Source: Eledone cirrhosa
Lineage: Eukaryota
Direction of reading: 5' to 3'
DNA length: 64,000 nucleotides
Assembly (NCBI GenBank): GCA_964016885.1
Contig: OZ024740.1
Location: forward strand, 346,642,001-346,706,000
Of the stretch, positions 23,601-39,959 are shown one piece after another. Position numbers and translations under genes: made by a program. Every line of letters starts with the position of its first letter. Within the stretch, counting starts at the first letter, position 1. The notes below the pieces were generated by a model. The model saw nothing but the letters and a program-made list of their open reading frames with translations. It was not told the DNA's origin and did not search any database.

Positions 23601-24065
23601 GAGCTTTGCCAGTTCGGGATAAACTCTACAGGCAAGGAGGTGTCGTCAGCCGGGCATGTCCGAGATGCGCGCAGGGCGACGAAACCGTCCTGCGTGCACT
23701 CGTTCAGTGTCCGAGCATTGCTTGGGTTTATGTCGAACACCTGCTGTCGCGTGTAGGACGGATCCGGCTATCATGTGAGTCCATCGTGAGGATTTCCACG
23801 CCCTCTTCCTTTAGCCGGGAAGAGCAGGCAGTTTTTATATGTCTGGTGGCCATGGCGAAAGAGATAGTATGGTGGACGCGTCTGAAAGGGCTGAAGACGA
23901 GCACTTACCTCCTCGGTGATGCCCTGATTAACTTTTTCCAATTTCATTTGAAAAGGAAAATCAGGGTAGAGAGGGAGGTGCTCTCGTCCCAGCTTTTTGT
24001 TGAAAGATGGATGAGAGATCAAGAATGGCCCGAGTGAGTGGCCCTTCTGAGTATATGCCTGCAAA
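20692..24065 (+). pseudogene. B3 ORF2 APE-RT-CCHC, disrupted
   Basis: SINARGL, AVYAP, VGDW, YTDH; KSPGLDGLPYE, NFRPITLL, VRQGCPLS, AYADD; CPRCAQGDETVL. Confidence 0.92.
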
Positions 24066-24434
24066 TTGAAGGTGGAAAACTGGGCGAGGAGAATTGCCCT
24101 GATGGTCAGGGACACCGTGGCTTTTTTAATGGGTTTTCTCCCCGATGGCCCTCGGAAGTCTCCCCCCTATTGGAGAATTTTTCATTGTTCTATTATTACA
24201 TCCTCTGTTTTGTTTTTGTTTTTTGCAGGCAGAAATGCCCATTTGTACCGTCTGTATTGTCCTATACTGTCTATAATGTCTACTTTATGTAAACCCTTTT
24301 GGTTAATAAAAAAGCATTATTATTATTATTATTACTATTATTAGAACAACAACAACAACAACAAAACGCAAAAAAAGAAGAAATAGAAAGGACAAGAAGA
24401 TATATATTTATAAATATAGTGTTTGTGAATTCGT

Positions 24435-24549
24435 GAAGAAGAAGAAGAAGAAGAAGAAGAAGAAGAAGAAGAAGAAGAAGAAGAAGAAGAAGAAGAAGAA
24501 GAAGAAGAAGAAGAAGAAGAAGACGATGACGACGATGATGATGATGATG
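24435..24549. repeat. (GAA)n followed by (GAT)n microsatellite
   Basis: Direct read. Confidence 0.97.
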
Positions 24550-24927
24550 AATATAACATGGATGGAGTGGACATCTCTAGACTTAATACATACACTTAGA
24601 TATGAGTTCACAGACTAAATACATTTTTTAGTGTGAGCGATACTATTGAAAATTCTTATTCACAAGTTGTAGATATTACTGCAGTTACAACAACTAAGCC
24701 GACAATGACCACAAAAACATAAATAACCACACAAAATTGTTAAACAACACCAACCACAATTACACAATGGTAACAAACACCCGAAACTATTATAGCATCA
24801 GCAAATAAATGGAATGTTGAAAGGAATTAAGCTAATGTTATTTTGTCAATTATACAGCACAAGTGAGCCGTAATACAAACCATTGAGGTTTGTAATAAGG
24901 CAAATGTTATCCAACAACGATAACATA

Positions 24928-25026
24928 ACTACTACTACTACTACTACTGTTGCTGCTGCTATAACTACTACTACTACTGCTGCTGCTACTACTACCACTA
25001 CTATTACTACTACTACTACTACTACT
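24928..25026. repeat. (ACT/GCT)n compound microsatellite
   Basis: Direct read. Confidence 0.93.
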
Positions 25027-25053
25027 TACAAAAAATATAATCACAATTGTAAT

Positions 25054-25200
25054 GCTGGTTTCTAGATTAGGCACAAGGCCATCAGTTCTGGGTGTGTGGA
25101 ATGGTTGATTGAAATGGCCACAGTGCATGATTGTCAATTTATTATATCGACCAATCATGCATAATTTGGACTCAACGAGATTGTATCTCAAAATATAAAG
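25054..25200 (-). mobile_element. Degenerate SINE 3' part
   Basis: The reverse complement resembles GGCCTTGTGCCTAA...TAGAAAC and GGTCGAT of the neighbouring SINE. Confidence 0.55.
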
Positions 25201-25226
25201 AACAGCAACAAATATCACAAGTCATT

Positions 25227-25415
25227 GCGGTGGATTGGCAGTATCAGTAGAGGGTCGGACGCCATGCTTTCCAGCATAGTTACGTCCCTTTACGATCTGA
25301 GTTCAAATCCCGCCGAGGTTGACTTTGCCTTTCATCCTTACGGGGTCGATAAAATAAAGTACCAGTAATGTACTGGGTAATTGCTGCCCTTGTGCCTAAA
25401 GTAGAAACAATTATT
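25227..25415 (+). mobile_element. tRNA-derived SINE with a Nin-like central domain
   Basis: A-box-like TGGCAGTATCAGTAG, B box GAGTTCAAATCC, central GCCTTTCATCCTTACGGGGTCGATAAAATAAAGTACCAG, ATT-type tail. Related copies lie at 39796 and 60869. Confidence 0.85.
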
Positions 25416-27713
25416 TTGTTGACGTTTGAACGATTCTGTCAGAGATGAATAATTCCTATTATTAGCCAGAAGCACCCAAGACAAGTGGTAAAGTACAAAA
25501 TCAAAATGAAAATCTAAACAGCACATGAAAATAGTAGGTAAATTTTCAAGTGAAATCGCGTGACCATCAATCCCCATGAATAATAATAAACAGGATTAGG
25601 CCGATGCATTAAGAAAATAATACTAAATTAAAGTAGGTTTAATTTAGTGATAATAAACACACACACATATATATAGTGCATGTCAAACACTTCGACAAAA
25701 GCAGACACGCCTCCTTGTGACTCAATTAAAACAGAATCTACGTGAATAGCTTGATCCACTGATGTAGCGGTGCCAGCTACAGAATGAATGTTTTTGAACA
25801 TTATGCACATCCAACAGCTGAAATCGAAATTGGAAAGAGCGATGCTCCTTTGTCCGGTTTTCCTAATGTATTTTTCATCTCTTTCACTAAACAATTGCCC
25901 TCTATTGCTAAATCATTATTGGAATTAAAAGATTTTGCTCCAAGTCCCATTTTTGGTGAGATCGACAACCTCTGAATGATAATTGTTTTCGTACCTCAAC
26001 TTAACTGATTAGATAATCTGGCCCCTTTAAGCTTTCCACATCGGAAAAAACTCACCTTCAAACCTACGCGTGGCATCAACTTTTTTTTATATAATTCCAT
26101 CAGCCTCGAATGGGAGAAGACATTTAGCGTTTGGCAACATTTCAAATTTTAGGCGTCGAATCAGTGTTTAACATTGAATCATGCTTGATCAAAAATGTAA
26201 TCTACATAACGAGGTGCTTCATTAAAAGTAATGACACACGCTCGCTGCCTATATGATCAGTGTAAGGGTTGCAAAAATAGGGAGCAATTTTCTGCCTTCT
26301 GTGGCAAATATACAATTTTATAAGTATACATGTTAACCAATCACAGACAGACCTTCTCTTCAAGCAACCCACTCAGTGCAGTGGTAGTTTTGTAATACGA
26401 ACCATTTACGCAGATGTAGGAATTCTAACATCATACAAAATCAGCTGCGAGTCAAATCTGTTTACAGAATGTGCTTACACAATATAATTACATATATCTA
26501 AAACAAAAACCAAAAATGAGATATGAAGACAAAACCGAAAGTTTAAAATTAACTTCCGCTATACTGACATTGATATAATATTTACAGTATAATACGAGGC
26601 AATAAAATATTAAATTGTCATTGCTTAAAAAATGAGTTTGAAACTTTATTTTTATTTATTTATTCATTGTTTTCTTTTCTCATTACAACTATTTTGTCGG
26701 AATATCTTTACAGGCTGTCATCAATTGTGACGTATTCAAATAAAATATTAATTATTATGTTCACGTTAACAACATCAATTAATGATATAATAAATTTCCT
26801 CAATGAATAAAAAAAAAAAAAGACAAATGCAATTCACTGATTAGTTTACGATGAAGTATTACATTAACGAAAATGATTTTATTGATGATGATTTAGAAAG
26901 AAATCACCGACCATCTAATTAAATGATTTTATAGCAGAGAGTTTCCCGGAGAATCAAAGGATTGAAGAACGTATTTTATTATAGAAACTTACATTGTATT
27001 CATAACAATTGTAGAGTTCCAACCTGAAATACTTTTGACAATAATTGCTCTTTTGCTTAAAGATAGAACAAATGGTATAGTAGAATATGTAAGAAATAAT
27101 TTAATCTAATTATATTTAATTATAACCTAATATCACTTAAAGGCACCGATAAAATTTATTTTCGATTTTCGGCAAGGCCACAAATAATTTAAACTATTCT
27201 AATATCTAGAATTAGCTATATAGGTATATATTGTACTTTTTTATGAGCAAACTGTTCAAGTAAATTTAACCAACCAGAACGATGCTTCCACAATGTAAGT
27301 ACATCTACAAGAAACCGCAGCTAAATCATCCTCAAACGAAATTCTATCGTTTTATAAATATTCTATACAACTACGGACTCGAAAATAAATCCAAAATGAT
27401 GAGTACTATTGCCATCAGAACCGATCCATACATGCTTAACATCTAATATAAGAAGACCTCAAGGTCTTTTTTCTCTCTTAGTATGTTGTGTTGAGATGCA
27501 AATCAACTTGGTGAATTCAATGCAAATTGGTTTATTCTGAAATTAAATACCAATGAATCCATTTTACATAGGAGGATTGACAACTATTTTCCCAGCAACA
27601 CGTTATTCATCAATTAGTGATGTGAGTCCTTCAGTATTGCGATCCCTTACTTATATTTTCGTCAATAGTATCAACGAAGGTACAATTAGTTGGAGAGCGT
27701 AACGCTTCTAAAG

Positions 27714-27764
<51 letters not shown>

Positions 27765-27851
27765 AATATATATAACAAAGGAGTTGTGGTAAGGAACCAG
27801 ATGGACCATAACGCACCAGAGTATTCAATACTTAGGGTAGTAAAGTAAGAA

Positions 27852-27936
27852 ATAGGAAAAAAGTATGACCCCGATGGCAGAGCTAAAGCCGTTTCGACGG
27901 CTTGAGCTCTGCCGTCGGGGTCATACTTTTTCCTAT
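27852..27936. repeat. Near-perfect hairpin with ~40-bp arms and a TTCG loop
   Basis: ATAGGAAAAAAGTATGACCCCGATGGCAGAGCTAAAGCCGT-TTCG-ACGGCTTGAGCTCTGCCGTCGGGGTCATACTTTTTCCTAT, abutting (TA)n. Confidence 0.95.
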
Positions 27937-27955
27937 AAATATATATATATATATA

Positions 27956-28520
27956 TACGATAAAGAAAGACAAACACAGATATATACATATATGCGTTCA
28001 AACCACAAGGGACGTAAACCGCCAGGGTGAAGAAAATAATGATAAAGATAATACGGTTCATAAGACTCAATTAAAACGATAAATTAAGATTTGCAAACTG
28101 ATTATGATAACTATCAATATCCAGACAGCTTTTCGTAGAACTATTTCGCAATTACGTGGAGAGAGGTAAAAATACAATGCTCTTCAAGGGATGTTCGGAT
28201 CAGTAATCTCCCCACTATTAAATTTCTTACAAGACTAGATAATGTGCCTGTGTTAAGAGAGAAAAAATCACGTGCTATCCCGTACCTAGCAGGTCGAGCA
28301 GAACGTAAGCTACTGAAAAATAGCAGCCAATTCCACTCGATACGTAAAAGCTCAACAAACGTTTAGGAGCTGAATTTATCAAAAGTATATATTGAGTTTA
28401 AAACTCACAATAGTCCCTTATCCCTAGTCAGTATTTTCTTCACTCTGGCGGTTCACGTCACTTGTGATTTGAACACATATATGTATATATATATATCTGT
28501 GTTTGTCTCTCTTTATCGTA
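27956..28520. mobile_element. Fold-back element with ~85-bp imperfect terminal inverted repeats
   Basis: 27956-28042 is the approximate reverse complement of 28428-28520. An overlapping second inverted repeat pairs 28394-28421 with 28562-28589. Confidence 0.65.
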
Positions 28521-28584
28521 TTATAAGGGTCGGACAATTTTTTCCCTGAGCTATTTTAATTATAAGGGACTATTGTGAGTGTTT

Positions 28585-30201
<1,617 letters not shown>

Positions 30202-30290
30202 AAATATTTGCTCTACGGTTCTTATATATTTGATATGTATTTATCCTTATCGAACCCTCTTTGGATTTTAGTCTTCAAATTTATTATTAT

Positions 30291-30351
<61 letters not shown>

Positions 30352-30355
30352 GTCC

Positions 30356-30416
30356 TCAAGTATGAAATTTGTAGAAATTTGTTTTCTTTACACATTCCTA
30401 CAAATTTCATACTTGA
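30356..30416. repeat. Hairpin with 23-bp arms
   Basis: TCAAGTATGAAATTTGTAGAAAT / ATTCCTACAAATTTCATACTTGA, one mismatch. Confidence 0.9.
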
Positions 30417-30558
30417 TGAACCCCCCACACCCCACACACCCACACACGCACACATATATATATATAAAAGAAATAAGCTTTCGCTTCAAGCATATCTTTA
30501 TACAATATGTAGAGAAATTTCGTATTTCTAAAGAAATACGGTTTTAAGAAGCCGTAGC

Positions 30559-30760
30559 TATGTAAACACCGGGGGGGGGGGATAACGCCCACTGGTAGTG
30601 TCCAGCAAAAGCAAGGGGGACAACCGTCTATGCATTTAGGGCGCTGGGAAGTATCGTCCTGACGAAGGCCAGTCAAGCCTGAAATGCATAGATGGTTGTC
30701 CCCCTTGCTTCTGCTGGACACCACCAGAGGGTGTTAGCCCCCTCCCCCGGTGTTTGCGTA
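30559..30760 (+). mobile_element. Penelope-like pLTR remnant with an inverted partial copy (~79-bp arms)
   Basis: 30559-30637 is reverse-complementary to 30682-30760. A hammerhead motif spans the loop and right arm, and the element abuts (TA)n. Confidence 0.65.
30653..30696 (+). ncRNA. Minimal type I hammerhead ribozyme
   Basis: Stem I ATCGTC/GATGGT, core CTGACGA, stem II AGGC-CAGTCAA-GCCT, GAAA, palindromic stem III A-TGCA-T, UH = UA. Predicted cleavage after 30690. Confidence 0.72.
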
Positions 30761-31112
30761 TATATATATATATGTATGTATATATATACACATATACATA
30801 TAATTATTTACATGGATGGATATAGGTATGTACCTGTATCCAAGATAGAGATTCATTTCAATAACACGATATATCAATATAGAGAGTGTACTACGACACA
30901 ACAACCAGTCGATGCAATGACTATGTATATGTGAATTATAAGTGTATATGCATGGTTATTTTTAGTTCAGTGCGTAGATTTGTGTGTTTGAGTATTCCAT
31001 TGTATGTGAAATAATAAAACAGATATTGAAGGAGAGCCTACAGACAAAAGTCTTACTGTATTGCGCTGTAACTATCTTTGCCCTTGAGTTTGGTGGACTT
31101 GACCTTCTCGGA

Positions 31113-31114
<2 letters not shown>

Positions 31115-31197
<83 letters not shown>
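31115..31197. repeat. (CT)n(TA)n microsatellite
   Basis: Direct read. Confidence 0.95.
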
Positions 31198-31201
<4 letters not shown>

Positions 31202-31383
31202 GGGTGTCTCTGTATGCCCGTATGTGTGTGTATGTTTCTGGGAATGTGCGTGTTTGTATAGAATTTCAATGCAAAATACATCAACCACAGTTAGCTGAAC
31301 TAAGCCTTTGTATATTTGCAAACCTAGTAGAAAATATTTGCTTTCAGAATCGAAAAAAAGGGAAAAGGCAATGAATAAATAGA

Positions 31384-31426
<43 letters not shown>

Positions 31427-31854
31427 AAATAATAATTACAACAACATCAACAACATCAACGACAACAATAAATATATATATAAAAGGCAAAATCTCTAAG
31501 AGAAAGCAAACAGTGAAACTTATCTAAAGATGAAGATGATTTTGTTGTATGGTCTTTGGTTTTCTTGAGAACGATATCTAGGGAATGAGAATTACCAGTT
31601 AAATACTTCAATTTTCGACAGTTCACAAACTCCGGAAATCAACCGGAGCTGACCGAACCAAAATAAATAAGCGTTCGAATGAACAGTAAGCTTCGCCATC
31701 TTTTGCACACGGGCACGTTGTGTTCAGCGTCAATATTACTATTACTATTTATCATTATCATCATTATTCTTTTTATCATTGTTTTTATTATTCTTTTTAT
31801 TATGTCCATGGGCATTATTTATATAGTTATTATTGGTAGGCTTATTTTCAAAGT

Positions 31855-31904
<50 letters not shown>

Positions 31905-33840
31905 TGCATAATAAACAATTATTATTATTATTATCATCATCATTATTGTCGTTGTTGGTTTAGTTTTGTTAGTATTCAAACCTTGCTCCTGTGCAGAAAG
32001 GCGCTATGTGGTTCATTTTACCAGAGCGGAAGGATATTCAATTTTCACAAGCACGCGCACACATCCTGGAGCAGAAGTGGCCATGTGATGGACGGACGAG
32101 CAGTAATTGAACATCAAGCGTACGTGTGTTCATGTATATGGTTGTGCACGCGACAATGTTTGTGAGCGCCTAAGAGTGTACGTGTTTTAGTTGGTATATT
32201 TGAGTGCGATTGTGTGATAGCGTGCTGTGCATGGAGTGTGATGATGGGTGAGTGTATGTGTGATAAGGATTTACAGTAATGATGCTTGTGACGTCTTCAT
32301 TCTCTCATCTTTCCCTTCATCACCGTAAGTTTTCTCGTTTTTGTCATATACCTTCATTCCTTATATCACCATTCACGTTGATATATCATCTTTCTTTTCA
32401 TCCTTCCCTTTCTCCTCCTCCTCATCAACATTAACAATAGCAGCAACATCAGCATAGGTATCATACTCGCCACGACGATCATCATCATCATCATCATCAT
32501 CATCTTTGTTTTCATCATCATCACAATCATCATCGACATCTTCACGGTCTATATTATACAAAACCGTGTTGTATTTCCTACGAGGCACTTTCTCTCTCCA
32601 TATTCGTACGTCAATATCATTATCATTATTAATATCATTACTGTTAACGTTGTCATTAAAATCACCCCCAGTACTACCGTTAACAACAACATTATCATAT
32701 TTAAGATCATTATGTTCATTAGCATCACCATTATTTATGACTTCGATTGGATATCTACGTTTTATTCTACATTCTTCGTTGATTTGATACCAATATTATA
32801 ATTCTGCTACGAGTCTCGAAACAAAGAATTAAATCACTCCGAGAATTTGTTCCACTTAAAAAAATGTTATCCAATTCATCTTCTGGGACTATTTTTACTC
32901 TTTTATATTTAAACTAACCAGTATACTCACAGTTTATCTCTACCTGCTGCCCTTAGGGACTAAAGCTGGCTTTGTTTACCAAACAGGTCCTTCAATTTTT
33001 AGTTGGAATTATGATAGCAGACAAACATTTTGCGTCCGCTAAACTGAATTACCGGCTTTTCATAGAATGGAAGAACCCAAAATTACTGAATAAGTGACAG
33101 CAGCACCAATCACAATCAAAAGAACAACATCAGCCCCTGTAGCATCAGTGACACTACCAACATTCTCAAAGTTTCAGAGACGCTGATGATGAAGCAAGTG
33201 GCACCAGACACATATAAGATTATTAGATAGACCTACCCGCATGTAGTGCGAACAATCAATGTAAAAGTGACTAGTAGGCTTTTAAAGGTGTTCCTTTAGG
33301 AATCCCACCACGTCCACCCACGACACCCGGAGGGTATGTACTCCCCGTTATCTCTTAACTAACCAGCCAACAAGCTATTATATGAATATGACTCATACAT
33401 GTCAGTGCCCTTGTGTCTTCCTGGAAGGAAGGTCGCTGTAAGCAACGATACTTGCTGGTCACTAGCAATATATATATATATATATATGATGTTGGAAATG
33501 TGCAACGAAAGAACTTTGTTAGGCTATATATATATATATATATGTGTTTATATTTATATTATATCCGTATTTTTGACCGTTGGTCATTCAATGATAAACA
33601 TTGAGGACTAAATGAATTAACTGTGGACATATAAAAGATGCAGAACCGAAAACCAACAGAATAGTGAGTGTGTTATGTTATTATTTTTGGCAATATTATT
33701 ACAACAATATGACTCTCCCCAAGTATAACAATATATATATATATATATAATGTAGGAGGTGAGTTATATTGTCGTACAATAAAGCAATGCAGATATCGGA
33801 TATGTAGTACTCTACAGTTTGTAGGACTGGAGTATAAATA

Positions 33841-33930
33841 ATATAAGATCAAAAGATGGTTAAAAGAGTTCCATGTATTTTATTATGCGCATAATAAAAT
33901 ACATGGAACTCTTTTAACCATCTTTTGATC

Positions 33931-33936
<6 letters not shown>
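33841..33936. repeat. Perfect 96-bp palindrome with no spacer
   Basis: The 48-bp arm ATATAAGATC...TATTATGC is followed immediately by its exact reverse complement. Confidence 0.96.
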
Positions 33937-36113
<2,177 letters not shown>

Positions 36114-36439
36114 TTTACTTAAAATAATACAATGCCTGAGTGGAAATATACTTTAAGTTTTAATGTTGGAAAAAACTAGATATATTTCAACGACCTGGTT
36201 ACGTAAGACCCTCGTGGAATCATCAAGTGGAATCATACGGCAAGCACAAACAGAGGAAAGCAAAAATATTTGATTCGGAAACGGCCCGCGAACTTGGTGT
36301 TATTTTTGCGCCAGATCATTTCCGAATCTCTCTTTTTATTGTCTGTCAGTCTCTCTCTCTATCTCTCTCTCATATATAGAGAGAGACAGAGAGTGAGCGA
36401 GAACAGAGAGATAACTACTTTTCTATCGAGCAAGCTAGT

Positions 36440-36525
36440 TATGTATGTATGTATGTATGTATGTATGTATGTATGTATGTATGTATGTATGTATGCATGC
36501 ATGCATGTATGTATGTATGTATGTA

Positions 36526-36556
<31 letters not shown>

Positions 36557-36590
36557 GTGTGTGCTGCGCGTGCGCGCGCGCGCGCACACA
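36440..36590. repeat. (TATG)n(TG)n(CG)n compound microsatellite
   Basis: Direct read. Confidence 0.93.
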
Positions 36591-38559
36591 TCTGTAACTT
36601 TCCCTTTTCCCACACGATATTTTTTAATATATTTTATGTACTTCCTTTCGTTTGTTTTTTTACCAATTCCAAGTTTATGTTATAACTAGTTGTGTTCCTT
36701 CTTTATATCCTTTCTTGTTTTTATTTATTTCTAAACCTAAGCTTCTATTTTCTGTTATTTTTGGGGTGTTACTTTGACTGATTTCGGATATACTTTTCCT
36801 TTTCGTTTCGTTCTCATAATTTCCTCAGTGCAGTTTATGTTAAAAAAAAACAACTAAATGAAGATAATGTATGAATAAATAAATAAATAAATAAATACAA
36901 CATTGAATCAGTTTTCAGAAATTGCATTCCGTTCCACCTCTCCTGACAGTATTTTCAAACCGATCAAAATCTGCGACACGTGGAACGCTACTCGCTGAAG
37001 AGAATAATTCCTTCTATCCATCAGCAGCGATACGCCAATATGGCGACAATGATACCACTGACGTTGCAAGGCTTGATTGCATCCACAGCGACTAGAAAAT
37101 CAACAAGAACATAGACAAAAAACAGCAGAGAATGAAGTTTATCACAGACGATAGTATTAAAATAGATAAAACACAACCCAAACTTGATATTACTTTGCAA
37201 CAATGTCTTGTCTTGTACAATCTTGCAAAGCAAGCAGAAAAAAAGAGGAAAATATGGTTGAAGGGAAAACTCATCATATAAGCATTTCAATGTAAATCCT
37301 TAATAAAATAGCCAGGTTGTTTTTTATTATTGTTTCGCAGAAGTATTATTATTTTGTTTTTATTTTGACGTCATCCTTCCTTCTTTCACCTAACAGTGAT
37401 TTCTTAACGCATCTTAAAATCTAATACAAGTGTATTAACGAATAAAGATGGCTATCTTGTGTATTGTAAATTTATTGCTGTTTTTATGAACAAAAATATA
37501 AGGCTCGGATGGCCAGACTTTGGTTGAAAATAATCTTTCTTCGTTTTACAAAAATTGCATTTGTTTAATTTCATTTTAAAATCTCTCGAAGATTTTGTAG
37601 AAAAAATATGTTCTTTTACATTTCTCGGAGATCTAAGCTCGGTGAAATCTATGGTGTCTAGTAAATAATCATTTAAAAAGAAATACGGTTAGAAGGTTTC
37701 ATAGATGTATGACAACAAAAGACAATCTACTTTCACACTGATGAATTTTCAACTAAAAGAAAATTTGACAAGATTTAGTTTATCATATAAAGAGAAAAAA
37801 AATCATTGGTATATAACTAACAATACCTAAAGAATTTAAGGAATATTACAAAGCAGTGTCCGAAAATAATGTCGACACAGTTTCTTTCTTTTTTGCTTTT
37901 ACTATGCAACCTCTTACAGACTTTGGAAAAACAATATGAATGGTGAAACAGATTTTCCACTTATTCTTTCAGATTAAATCCAGTAAGTGTTCTCTAAGTA
38001 ATAAATAAATAAATAATTGTTTACTTTAGCTTGAAATGTATTACTCGTGTTTTATCCTTTGTAGAAGTCAAAATAATTGATATTTTCACAAATATTCTGG
38101 TATCTATTTGTTGCATTTTATTGAAGGCTGTATTTTTTTTTTTTATATATTTCTAAATGTTATTCGCATAGCAACTCGTGGGGAATTTTTAAAGAAATTG
38201 CATCATAATCTTAATTTAGCCACAAGACATTGCCTGCTTTAAATCACTCGACAGTTAACTTTTGCAAAGTACTACTCAGCCCCTCTTATCGAAATAGATA
38301 CAGAAAATATGTTAAAGTTAGTTTCATGTAAGCGTCTCATTGATGTGAGGGATTTAGAATTAACGAATTTTTTTTACGTTGAATATGATTAGGTTATGCA
38401 CAAAATAGTTTAATATGTGATCATGTTATTCATAGCTTGTGACCAAGTTGCCCCATACATTTCGTTTGTCTGGTTAGGTGGGTAACAAGAATATATGTTT
38501 TGTGGGTGTTCGTTTTTCAATTTCTGCGAACAATCCTAGCACACACTCTGACAACTACG

Positions 38560-38679
<120 letters not shown>

Positions 38680-39795
38680 CCGGAAATTAACTTCGAAATT
38701 TTGTTATTTTATAGAGTGTACAGAAATGAAGATTCGACACGTGCAATATCTATACGGAAAACTAAATCCTCAAATCAGTTGTAAATAATTTAGTTTGGTG
38801 CATAGTATTGTTAGCACAGCTTTTGAGTGCTAGCATGAATACTTTTATTATATTCGTATAGTTTAAAGAAGCCTGAATTATCTTATACTTTATTGAAATA
38901 CCCCTGAAATAATGTGCAAAGATATATAATGCATTTTACATTAACCTACACTATATATCTGCGATATACATTAACCTACAGTATATATCTGCGATATACA
39001 TTTATTCTTGAAGAGTAATTCAAATCTATAAGAATATATTGTAATTACCATTTTCATTGCATATCACCATTTTTAATACATGCAGCGATGTATGTAACAC
39101 ATGCTTAGCAAACATATAAGTAAATCTGGTATTTTTATAGAACAATTAAGAGAAATTGTGTATAGAGTGATGAACGTATATTTGAAATTTAAAAAAAAAA
39201 AAAAATTGTCTTTCGATATTACACTTCTTCTTCGGTTTAGAAATGTACCTTGTATCTATAACGACAATGCCATTAAAATGTAAAGTAAATTGCTTGTTTC
39301 TAACAATAAATATTTTACTGTATTATCCTATGTAAAATATTTATATAATGTTTGAGCAGCCACTAGAGGCAATTTACGTGCAAGGTTTGTTTATTCCTTG
39401 CATCAATATATTTGTGACAATTATATGTTATACAATACAATATACGTGAATGCACTTAATGAGACTTCTTGGAATAATAATTTCGAAATGTAAAGTAAAA
39501 TAAAATGAAATGAAACGATTGAAATTATTTCAACTATACAGTTCTGTTTCCAACTTCTTGAGTTCCTGACGTAATATTTCATTCGACTGATGAAACAAAC
39601 CCCAATAGCAATTATGTTGAATTATATCAATTCCTAGACAACTAGATTAGTGAAGTTAAAAAAGTTATCATACAAGTTTATCTTACATATAATTTAATGA
39701 ATATGAAAAGGAAAACATAACTTTTGACGGCAAAATTTTGTTTAACAAATAATGTAGATTCACAAAACTGACTTGACATCAGTTATAATACTTAG

Positions 39796-39959
39796 AATAA
39801 TTGTTTCTACTTTAAACACAAGGTCAGCAATTACCCAGTGCATTACTGGTACTTTATTTGATCGACCCCGGCGGGATTTGAACTCAGATCGTAAAGGGAC
39901 GTAACTATGCTGGAAAGCATGGCGTCCGACCCTCTACCGATACTGCCAATCCACCGCCC
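39796..39959 (-). mobile_element. tRNA-derived SINE, inverted near-copy of 25227-25415 with an internal deletion
   Basis: The reverse complement matches 25227-25415 closely but lacks about 25 bp of the central domain. Confidence 0.87.

Larger units (their letters stand above)
18299..24315 (+). mobile_element. Tx1 family B copy B3, full length, decayed, inverted relative to its neighbours
   Basis: 5' GAATGCGATGTTTGACGGAGGCTCGG, ORF1 from 18490, ORF2 from 20692, AATAAA at 24305-24310, (ATT)n tail at 24316-24343. Confidence 0.95.

Noticed and set aside
25227-25315. tRNA gene
   Set aside because: A and B boxes are present but there is no clean cloverleaf, and the sequence continues into a SINE body found in several copies.
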